IMG/VR virus record: IMGVR_UViG_3300014205_000002
Coordinates: 128,001-192,000 of that record
Strand: one strand, 5' to 3'
DNA: 64,000 nucleotides
DNA from: a virus
Lineage: Duplodnaviria; Caudoviricetes
A program made the translations under genes and the position numbers. Positions within the stretch are counted from its first letter, which is position 1, and each line of letters opens with the position of its first letter. The notes beneath the pieces are model-generated. The model saw only the letters and a program-made list of their open reading frames with translations, had not been told where the DNA came from and ran no database searches. Shown here in pieces: positions 57,016 through 64,000 of this stretch.

Positions 57016-57287
57016 TGCAGGCGATCGCCATCTTCACCGACCAGGAGCACCTCGCTTATTTCAAGGGCTACGAGGATCGGTTCAGTGTGTTCAGCGGTGC
57101 GCGCGAGGGCTGGGTGCGCGCGAACTTTACCAAGGCCGAGGCGGAGGCGGTCCTGCTTAAAAGCGGGTTGGTAATCGCGGGAGGGGCATTCGACCTCGGG
57201 CTGACTACAGACATCCACACCAGGGCCGGTGAGCTTATTGGGACGGCACTTCCATTTATTGGTCAGGATGCCCAGCAAGCCTGCTAG
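57015..57287 (+). CDS. Hypothetical protein
   Basis: SD AAGGAG, TAATG coupling. Confidence 0.65.
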   Translation: MQAIAIFTDQEHLAYFKGYEDRFSVFSGAREGWVRANFTKAEAEAVLLKSGLVIAGGAFDLGLTTDIHTRAGELIGTALPFIGQDAQQAC

Positions 57288-57353
57288 ACATACAACCACT
57301 GGTTAGGGTAGAGTAAAACAACCAATGGTCTGACCATTGCCTCGGAGGTTCGG

Positions 57354-57611
57354 ATGCGCCCCATCGCCACAATTGTCGCCATTCTCCTGTACTTGCTCGT
57401 CAGCCAGGTCGCTGCGATTGCCTGGCTCGCGCTCGTGGGGGGATGGCTCCTGTGGCGCTACGCGCGATCGCAGGGTGGTAACTGCTCATGCTGCGGTGGC
57501 GACTACGTGGTCGAGTACGGCCCCGTCTTGAAACACAAGGGCGAGCACTACCGTCTGCGCTGCACCATCTGTTCCTCGCGAACCTGGCTGGGTGTTGGTA
57601 TGTCGACATGA
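57354..57611 (+). CDS. Membrane protein with Zn ribbon
   Basis: Hydrophobic N-terminus; CSCC...CTIC; SD GGAGG. Confidence 0.65.
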   Translation: MRPIATIVAILLYLLVSQVAAIAWLALVGGWLLWRYARSQGGNCSCCGGDYVVEYGPVLKHKGEHYRLRCTICSSRTWLGVGMST

Positions 57612-57847
57612 GCGAACCTGGGCCCTGCTGTTCGATCTGCAAGGACCTTGGCAGCGTGGTCGAAAAGGTTCACGGCCAGATCGTGCCAATCGAGCGCGAG
57701 AGCGTTGGTTGGCCGTACACGGCGATTGTGAAGCGCTGCCCGGTGTGCAGCCGTTGGTATCAGCGCCTCGCCAGGGCGTTCGCCCAACGGCTGTGTCGCT
57801 GGGCGAACGACTGCACAATCAGACAGTTCCACGCTTTCAGGCGATAG
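57608..57847 (+). CDS. Zn-ribbon protein
   Basis: CSIC...CPVC; ATGA overlap. Confidence 0.55.
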   Translation: MSEPGPCCSICKDLGSVVEKVHGQIVPIERESVGWPYTAIVKRCPVCSRWYQRLARAFAQRLCRWANDCTIRQFHAFRR

Positions 57848-57997
57848 ACACGTTGGTCGGACCAGGTGGGCGGATGCGCACTTTCGTTAGGAAGTCACGG
57901 CAGCATGTCTCAACGCAGTCAGTGGACTCTCGGGATCGACGGATCGTCTCAAGCCGGAGCGAGACCGCACTTAGGCGGCGAACGGAGCGTCGCAGCG

Positions 57998-58294
57998 ATG
58001 TCAAAGCATGTCATATTTACCGCGTGTGTCGTCGCGGCCCTCGCAAGCGGGGCGATCGCATTCCAATACCTGCGAGAGCGCAAGCCTTCGACGCTCAAGC
58101 GGGAGGTCGATGACCTGGCGCTGACGCGGGCCTTTGCGCGCGAGTTGCTACACCGCTGCCCTCGCTGTACTCACCGAATGACGATGGCCCGGCTGGCCCA
58201 TGTGACGACCGAAGGGGTCAAGCGGATGGTCTGGTGCGAGGCCTGTGGATACCAGTCCGCCATGCCCGAGCGCTTCTACGGAGCCAAGCCATGA
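57998..58294 (+). CDS. Membrane protein with Zn ribbon
   Basis: TM segment; CPRC...CEAC. Confidence 0.6.
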   Translation: MSKHVIFTACVVAALASGAIAFQYLRERKPSTLKREVDDLALTRAFARELLHRCPRCTHRMTMARLAHVTTEGVKRMVWCEACGYQSAMPERFYGAKP

Positions 58295-58599
58295 ACATCT
58301 ATATCTTCATCTTCCTGGTGACGGGCTACGCCCTGAGCTACGGAACTCTGATCGCCTGCGACATCCTTGGTTACGGAACGTCAAAGGAGGCCGTTTACGC
58401 CTTCTGCGCCTATTGGGTGTTCAGTTCGACCATCATGGTCTGGGGCTTCTGGGCCTGTTTCATCCGTGACCGCAAGAACACGCGATACCGCTGCCCGAAC
58501 GACGGGCTACCCCTCTCGAAAGTCACCCAGTTCGCCCCTGAGGAGTGGATCATCCGCTGCCCGAAGTGCGACTACACCGAGCGGCGCTTGCTGCCATAG
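58291..58599 (+). CDS. Two-TM protein with Zn ribbon
   Basis: CPND...CPKC. Confidence 0.65.
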   Translation: MNIYIFIFLVTGYALSYGTLIACDILGYGTSKEAVYAFCAYWVFSSTIMVWGFWACFIRDRKNTRYRCPNDGLPLSKVTQFAPEEWIIRCPKCDYTERRLLP

Positions 58600-58609
58600 A
58601 AAGGACCTC

Positions 58610-58987
58610 ATGAGTTCACAGGTTTTGTGGATGGGCAACCTCAAGCCCGGCCAGAAGCGCGAGGGCCCTGCCTTCGGCATGGGTACCCTCGTATCCGGCA
58701 GCGGCAGTACCACGGCGAGCGCGATGCTCGACTTCTACGCCGAGATGTCCCAAGTCGAGCCAGACGTCCCGAACCACAAGCCGATCTGCGCGCAGTCGCT
58801 CACGCCCGTCGAGTTGGAGTTGATCGACGTTCAGTGGCCCGAGGGGCACTGTGGTGGCCGGGTGTCGATCGCCAATACCTCTGGCGAGGAGATCGAATTC
58901 AACGTCGCGTTCACCGTCTTCTCGCGCGAGGAGGTCGTGGCGCAAACGCTTGCGGCTATCGCTCGCCACAAAGGTGAAGGCCTGTGA
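58610..58987 (+). CDS. Hypothetical protein
   Basis: SD AAGGA. Confidence 0.6.
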   Translation: MSSQVLWMGNLKPGQKREGPAFGMGTLVSGSGSTTASAMLDFYAEMSQVEPDVPNHKPICAQSLTPVELELIDVQWPEGHCGGRVSIANTSGEEIEFNVAFTVFSREEVVAQTLAAIARHKGEGL

Positions 58988-59988
58988 CCAACAATATGAT
59001 CATCATCGGTGGAGGCCCTGCCGGCTACACCGCGGCCATCTATGCTGCGCGCGCAGGCCTGGAGCCTCTCGTCATCGAGGGGCCTCGTCCAGGCGGCCAG
59101 CTGACCATCACTACAGACGTGGAGAACTATCCAGGCTTTCTGGAGATCACAGGGCCGGAGCTGGTGCAGCGGATGCGTGAGCAAGCGGCGCACAACGGCG
59201 CGCGCTTCATGACCGACACCGTCCAGCGAGTCGAGTTCGGCAGCCACACCCACAAGGTCGAGACGGTCAGCGAGCAACTCGCCGCTCATTCGATCATCAT
59301 CGCCACAGGGGCCAATGCGAAGTGGTTGGGCATCCCCGGCGAGCAAGAGTACATGGGTAAGGGTGTGTCCGCCTGTGCGACCTGTGACGGGCCCATGCTC
59401 TCGCGGATGCTCGGCCCTGACGCCAGGATCGCAGTGATCGGCGGGGGTGATACCGCGTGCGAAGAGGCGCTCTACCTTGCGGGCTTACCTGGCTTCGGCC
59501 TCGTCTATCTGGTGGTACGCAGGGGTGAGATGCGCGCTTCGCGGATCATGCAGCAGCGCGTAATGAACCACCCGAAGATCCACATGATCTGGAATCGCGT
59601 GCCCCTGCGCTTTGAGGGCCACGAGACCCTGGAGTACCTAGCGATCACGGTACCCGACTGCCCGGGCGGACCTGGCCTCGGCGAGAGGCTCCATATCAAG
59701 GCAGCCTTCGTGGCGATCGGCCATGAGCCTGCCACGGCCTTCCTCAGGGACCAGGTCATCCTTGAAAACGGCTACATCATAACTGGTCATCACGGCCAGG
59801 TGGCCAGACACCAAGGGACGTTCAGCAATCCCGACGGCCCCTTCATTCCTGGCGTGTTCGCCGCCGGCGATTGCGTCGATCATGAGTTCCGCCAGGCGGT
59901 CACGGCGGCGGGGATGGGGTGCAAGGCAGCTATGCTCGCCGAGCGCTACCTCTCAGCGATGGACCCCTTCCCCCTCACCACAACCTAG
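58984..59988 (+). CDS. trxB: Thioredoxin reductase
   Basis: GGGPAG, GGQL, VENYPG, CATCDG, GGGDTA.EEA, FAAGD. Confidence 0.95.
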   Translation: MTNNMIIIGGGPAGYTAAIYAARAGLEPLVIEGPRPGGQLTITTDVENYPGFLEITGPELVQRMREQAAHNGARFMTDTVQRVEFGSHTHKVETVSEQLAAHSIIIATGANAKWLGIPGEQEYMGKGVSACATCDGPMLSRMLGPDARIAVIGGGDTACEEALYLAGLPGFGLVYLVVRRGEMRASRIMQQRVMNHPKIHMIWNRVPLRFEGHETLEYLAITVPDCPGGPGLGERLHIKAAFVAIGHEPATAFLRDQVILENGYIITGHHGQVARHQGTFSNPDGPFIPGVFAAGDCVDHEFRQAVTAAGMGCKAAMLAERYLSAMDPFPLTTT

Positions 59989-60001
59989 GAGGATTAATCC
60001 A

Positions 60002-60664
60002 GTGGAAACAACCAAGAGTGGTCTACCTATTCACACCGGCACGGGAACGCCCGAGGCCTACCTCGTGGGCGACATCTACGCCCACGCACTTGGCAACGCA
60101 GTGCGCCAGCTCCTGTTCATCATGGATGGCAGCACGCCCGGGGAAGAAGCGGTCGCAGCCGAAGTCATGGAGCGCCTCAAACTGGCGGGCGATGACATCG
60201 TCCGGTCGACCACGACGGACAATGGCGAGGTGCAGTCGAGCCGCGCCAACGTCGACTACACCGACGCCTGGGGCGGCATCACGCTCGCCGACGGTCGCTC
60301 CGTTTGCCCTGACGGGAAAGGCAGCGTGGAGATCCGCACCCCCGAACCGAAGGCAGACATTCACTACATCAACCCCCTGTGTGAGCGGGGCCCGGTGGCC
60401 TGCGAGGTGGTTGGCCTGACCCCCTCATACGATGAACTCAAGGAGGAGCGGGACACCGCTCGCCATCTGTTCAAGATACAGAACGACCAGGTTGGCAAAT
60501 TGGGTGACTACATCAACCTCGCCCTGACCTGCACGGACCCGACGGACGTCCAGGCGCTTCTCGCCGAGGCGATGGCTCCTGAGCCAACGGAGCCCGTTCG
60601 GCGTGATCGCCATGACGCCAGCATCTACTCAAAGATCAAGAACAGCAACCGCGGTTACGCCTGA
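60002..60664 (+). CDS. Hypothetical protein
   Basis: SD AGGAGG plus GTG. Confidence 0.65.
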   Translation: METTKSGLPIHTGTGTPEAYLVGDIYAHALGNAVRQLLFIMDGSTPGEEAVAAEVMERLKLAGDDIVRSTTTDNGEVQSSRANVDYTDAWGGITLADGRSVCPDGKGSVEIRTPEPKADIHYINPLCERGPVACEVVGLTPSYDELKEERDTARHLFKIQNDQVGKLGDYINLALTCTDPTDVQALLAEAMAPEPTEPVRRDRHDASIYSKIKNSNRGYA

Positions 60665-61332
60665 TGTACTACTGCCTGACATGCGGGACAAGCCTTTCCC
60701 GTATGGAGCTTCATTCCAACATGCAGTTCACGCCCTGTACCACCGATGGCTGCGGCGGTGAGTTGCTGTTCCTGGATGACATGGTGGCCGAAGCCGTCGT
60801 CCTGCTTAACGGCAAGGGCTATGCGACCGGCGATTCGTGTGGCGGCCACTTCGGTCGAGACGTGATCTCGTTCTACGTGAGCTTCGCGGAGGGTAGCACC
60901 CCTCCGCTGGCCGCGCTGCCCGATGACTTCGTGGTTGTGTCGCGCGATAGGGACAGTATCCACACCCGCCACAAGGATTGGGCTGATGGCCCACAGACGC
61001 CGCAGGTCATGCGTGTCAGTCAGACGTTCCTGGCGTGGGTCATCACCCTGCCAAAAGCCAACGAGCAGGGGGAGGTTGGCGTCATACCTGAGGCGTTCTG
61101 GCGTGTAGTCGAGGGCGTTCATCAGACTTACTGCGCCCGTCAGGTCGCGCTGCGCGGCCCGTTCCCATCGGTCCAAGATGCTGCCGCAGACGCTACGGCG
61201 CAAGGCTATAAGTTCGGCGAAGTCGAGTTCATAGACGGCCAGTCGCGCGAGGTGGTCGACGTGCCGATCCTACCAACCCCCCAAATGAGCTTCATTCCCC
61301 CCATTCCCTTGGAGGTTCAGCCCCTTGCGTAA
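60664..61332 (+). CDS. Hypothetical protein with N-terminal Cys cluster
   Basis: TGATG coupling. Confidence 0.65.
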   Translation: MYYCLTCGTSLSRMELHSNMQFTPCTTDGCGGELLFLDDMVAEAVVLLNGKGYATGDSCGGHFGRDVISFYVSFAEGSTPPLAALPDDFVVVSRDRDSIHTRHKDWADGPQTPQVMRVSQTFLAWVITLPKANEQGEVGVIPEAFWRVVEGVHQTYCARQVALRGPFPSVQDAAADATAQGYKFGEVEFIDGQSREVVDVPILPTPQMSFIPPIPLEVQPLA

Positions 61333-61573
61333 CTCCTTCTCGCACCAGGCCTCCCTCGCCATAGCTGTAGGCCTCTCCGCGATTGCCAGCATGGTTGCAC
61401 CACCACCGCCGCAGAGTTTCCGTGAGACCCAGGGCTATAGCCGCCCAAGCTATGGTCGCGGGCACAGCGGATCCAAGAAGGGCATCAACGTCGAGTGGCG
61501 TCGCCATAAGAATCGCCTCGCCAGGGCCGCCCGCAAGATCAATCGTCGCATCAAGCGCGGGATGCGGGCCTAG
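61325..61573 (+). CDS. Small Arg-rich protein
   Basis: SD GGAGG plus TTG. Confidence 0.55.
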   Translation: MRNSFSHQASLAIAVGLSAIASMVAPPPPQSFRETQGYSRPSYGRGHSGSKKGINVEWRRHKNRLARAARKINRRIKRGMRA

Positions 61574-61801
61574 ATGAAGAAGGGCCCCCAGAGCCTCTGC
61601 GACCTTGGCCCCTGGTTGGCAAAGGCGCTGACGTTCAAGCGGGGGCCTGGCTTCAAGTCGATCGGATTCGGCTGGTCGGTCGAGCGAGGAGCTTGGAAAT
61701 GCCGTATCATCTACGGACAGCAAGCGTATGAGGCTGAGGATGTCAAGCTCACCTCTGCGCTGACCAAGGCCCTGGACGCCTTATTGAAACGACCTCTGTA
61801 A
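61574..61801 (+). CDS. Hypothetical protein
   Basis: Abuts the upstream stop codon. Confidence 0.55.
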   Translation: MKKGPQSLCDLGPWLAKALTFKRGPGFKSIGFGWSVERGAWKCRIIYGQQAYEAEDVKLTSALTKALDALLKRPL

Positions 61802-61827
61802 CCCCCTGAGTATGAAAGGAATTCATC

Positions 61828-62223
61828 ATGCCCGATCCTGAAAACGCCCCCGCGCCCGATGTCGAAACCAAGTCGTTGGGCGACACCCTGACCGAAGCTG
61901 GTGAGGCGATCGTCGAAGCGATCGTCGAGGCGGTCGAGGCGGTCACCGATGCTGTAGACGAAGCCTTCGGCAGTGGCAGCACGACGCAGCCAGCGCCCAT
62001 CAAGGAGGGCGACCTCGTCAACTACTCGCTCGACTTGGACAGCCCCTACGCCGGCCAGGTGCGCGGCGCGATCGTGGTCAAGGTCTGGAATGCGACCTGC
62101 CTGAACCTGCGGGTATTCGCCGACGGCACCAACGACTATCCGCCCAATGTGTCCGACTGGAAGACGTCGATCGTCGAGGGTGCACCTGGTGCTCCGCGGA
62201 CCTGGCACCGCAAGGGCGTATAG
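61828..62223 (+). CDS. Hypothetical phage protein, acidic N-terminus
   Basis: SD AAGGA. Confidence 0.65.
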   Translation: MPDPENAPAPDVETKSLGDTLTEAGEAIVEAIVEAVEAVTDAVDEAFGSGSTTQPAPIKEGDLVNYSLDLDSPYAGQVRGAIVVKVWNATCLNLRVFADGTNDYPPNVSDWKTSIVEGAPGAPRTWHRKGV

Positions 62224-62226
62224 GTT

Positions 62227-62493
62227 ATGCCCAAGAAGCCTGGCCCCGAGAAGGGCGATCCACGCATGGTTGAGGCTGGGAAAAAGGGCGGCGCGATCAT
62301 GCGCGAGCGTGGCCCTGAGTTCTTCCGCGAGATCGGCAAGAAAGGCGGCCAGGCGACAAAGGACAAGCATGGGCCGGACTTCTTCTCCAAGATTGGCAAG
62401 AAGGGCGGACAGTCCATGAAGGCGGCTCGCGGCTCAGAGTTCTTTGCGGACATCGGCCGCAAGGGCGGGGCCACCGAGCGCAAGAAGTCGTGA
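62227..62493 (+). CDS. KGG-repeat (YciG/GsiB-like) stress protein
   Basis: Four G[KR]KGG repeats, with (H)GPEFF..IG-type units. Confidence 0.9.
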   Translation: MPKKPGPEKGDPRMVEAGKKGGAIMRERGPEFFREIGKKGGQATKDKHGPDFFSKIGKKGGQSMKAARGSEFFADIGRKGGATERKKS

Positions 62494-62870
62494 GCGCCGA
62501 ACCTGGACAGATGACCGTCAGCCGCTGGCTCCGCCTGGAGCTGGCGGCCCAGGTCAGCACCCAGGTGGACGCCTGCGTCCTGTTAGAGGCGATCGCCCGA
62601 CAGATACGCGTGACTTCAAACTGCTCACTCCGGTCCGACCAACCGCCCACGGAGGAGCAGGTCTCCTATCACCTCAACATGACGGGGCCCACGTTTCACG
62701 CCAAGTCCATGTTGCGGCTCGACATCATAGGCGTGGGCGATCGCGCAGCCATCGACGACCAGATTAACACCATGCTGGGGCGGCTTATCAAGGCGGTCGA
62801 CCAGGCGTACAGCGGGCACACAGGGCTGGCGCTCAGCGTCAAGGCCCTGCGCCACCCCGAGGAGGAATAA
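62490..62870 (+). CDS. Hypothetical protein
   Basis: GTGA overlap. Confidence 0.6.
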   Translation: MSAEPGQMTVSRWLRLELAAQVSTQVDACVLLEAIARQIRVTSNCSLRSDQPPTEEQVSYHLNMTGPTFHAKSMLRLDIIGVGDRAAIDDQINTMLGRLIKAVDQAYSGHTGLALSVKALRHPEEE

Positions 62871-62871
62871 G

Positions 62872-63549
62872 ATGCCATGTGAACGCTGTGGCGGTCGCGA
62901 AACAAATGCGCTCGCCGTTCCGCTTTGCGGTTTCCGCAGGCTGTGCGAGGTCTGCGTCTTCGCGCTGGATCATGGCGAAGCCCCCAGCCTCGCAGAGGCG
63001 GTGGCTGAATGCGAAGAGGAGCATGACGGCGAGGAGATCGAGCTGATCACGCTCACCTTCGACGACGGCACGCACCAGGACTACATCCTGCTCCAGCAGG
63101 AGGTGGTCGACGGCGAGACCTATTGCGCCATGCTCGCGACGCGCCCTGAGGACGACGCTTCACCCGAGATTGAGGAGATCGTGGTCGTCAAGGTTCTCAA
63201 CCCTGGCGAGGAAAACGAGCAGTTCGTCAATCTCACCGAGGTCGAGCTACTCAAGGCACTCGACGCGATCGGTGTCGGCACCACGGCGACCAACCAGCGC
63301 GCGACGATCACGCTCGGGCCTGAGGCCACCTGGCTCGCGCTCGACAACCCGATCTGCGAGTACATGATGCTGCTGCCGCGGATCGAGTGGCCCAATTCTC
63401 TGCCGGGGCATCACTTCGCGAAGTCGCGCTCGGAAGGCACGATCTACGAGTTCTGGGCCGGCCGGGGCGAGCAGGGTCAGCCGGGCTATATGGTGCGCGT
63501 CGAGGATATGGGAAACGCCTTCACCTCGCCCGAGGAGATGGGCCTGTGA
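62872..63549 (+). CDS. DUF1292-like domain protein
   Basis: LITLTFDDG...VDGETYCAM...FVNLTEVE; SD GAGGAGG. Confidence 0.55.
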   Translation: MPCERCGGRETNALAVPLCGFRRLCEVCVFALDHGEAPSLAEAVAECEEEHDGEEIELITLTFDDGTHQDYILLQQEVVDGETYCAMLATRPEDDASPEIEEIVVVKVLNPGEENEQFVNLTEVELLKALDAIGVGTTATNQRATITLGPEATWLALDNPICEYMMLLPRIEWPNSLPGHHFAKSRSEGTIYEFWAGRGEQGQPGYMVRVEDMGNAFTSPEEMGL

Positions 63550-63842
63550 CCTTCAAGAAGTCGTTCATCGACGCCCTCGTATGCACCCTGGTGATTGGCC
63601 TCGCGCTGTGGTACTGCCGTGCGAGCGATCGCCTCGACCCCGAGACGATGCAGGCCATCTACCTCGCGATCAGTATTACCTGGGGTGTATTCGCGATGCG
63701 CTGGAGTCTGCTTCCGCGCTGTGCTCAGTGCGGCTCGGCGCGCATCACCATCTATGGGGGCGGACTCAACCCCCAAAGCCCGATAAAGGCCTGGTACCAC
63801 TGCGACGTCTGCAATCACCGGGGCAGCGCCCCGAGCAGCTAA
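63546..63842 (+). CDS. Two-TM protein with Zn ribbon
   Basis: CAQC...CDVC. Confidence 0.6.
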   Translation: MTFKKSFIDALVCTLVIGLALWYCRASDRLDPETMQAIYLAISITWGVFAMRWSLLPRCAQCGSARITIYGGGLNPQSPIKAWYHCDVCNHRGSAPSS

Positions 63843-63853
63843 AGGAGAGCTTC

Positions 63854-64000
63854 ATGTTTAACAAGGTGTTCGGCCGAAAGAAGAAGATCGACGCACCAAC
63901 GGTGAGTGTCTACGAGACGTTCATGCTGCTGCCCAACCAGAGCATCGCCCGCGAGGTCGCCATCCCCAAGGAGCTTCAAGGCAAGCGCCTCAAGGGCTTT
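63854..64000 (+). CDS. Partial CDS running off the window end
   Basis: SD AAGGAG, MFNKVFG... Confidence 0.55.
   Translation, partial: MFNKVFGRKKKIDAPTVSVYETFMLLPNQSIAREVAIPKELQGKRLKGF

Noticed and set aside
61900-61950. Short tandem repeat gcgatcgtcga/gcggtcga
   Set aside because: Simple coding repeat (AIVE AIVE AVE AV)
1-64000. Stop-codon reassignment as in some large phages
   Set aside because: Conserved genes are intact under the standard code and end in TAA, TAG and TGA

Overview
High-GC (about 65%), densely coding window from a large tailed phage or phage-plasmid. It uses the standard genetic code, and no rRNA, tRNA or CRISPR array was seen. Layout: (1) 1-18 kb, + strand: lambda-O-like replication initiator with an internal iteron origin, DnaC-like loader, thymidine kinase, small accessory genes, a TGT/DpdA-like + PP-loop (PAPS-reductase-like) + DUF6884-like gene set, and SbcDC. 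(2) 18-26 kb: HU, an AbrB-like regulator, probable virion proteins, two peptidoglycan hydrolases sharing an N-terminal domain, and RusA. (3) 26-55 kb, - strand: ThyX, Dam-like and C5 methyltransferases, dUTPase, SLT, class II RNR, a degenerate Xer-like recombinase, ACP and many small genes. (4) 55-64 kb, + strand: a tail-chaperone-like gene with a -1 frameshift site, membrane/Zn-ribbon genes, TrxB and a KGG protein. Main unexplained signals: a dispersed palindrome TGGTCNGACCA enriched at promoters and intergenic gaps, a three-copy bipartite intergenic element GCGATCGCC-N12/13-CATTCTGTCA, a six-module (multi-TRD) cytosine methyltransferase, a candidate DNA base-modification gene set, tandem mini-proteins sharing a C-terminal motif, and an RNR active-site peptide copied into an unrelated protein. 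All family calls come from motif recognition by eye, not database searches.
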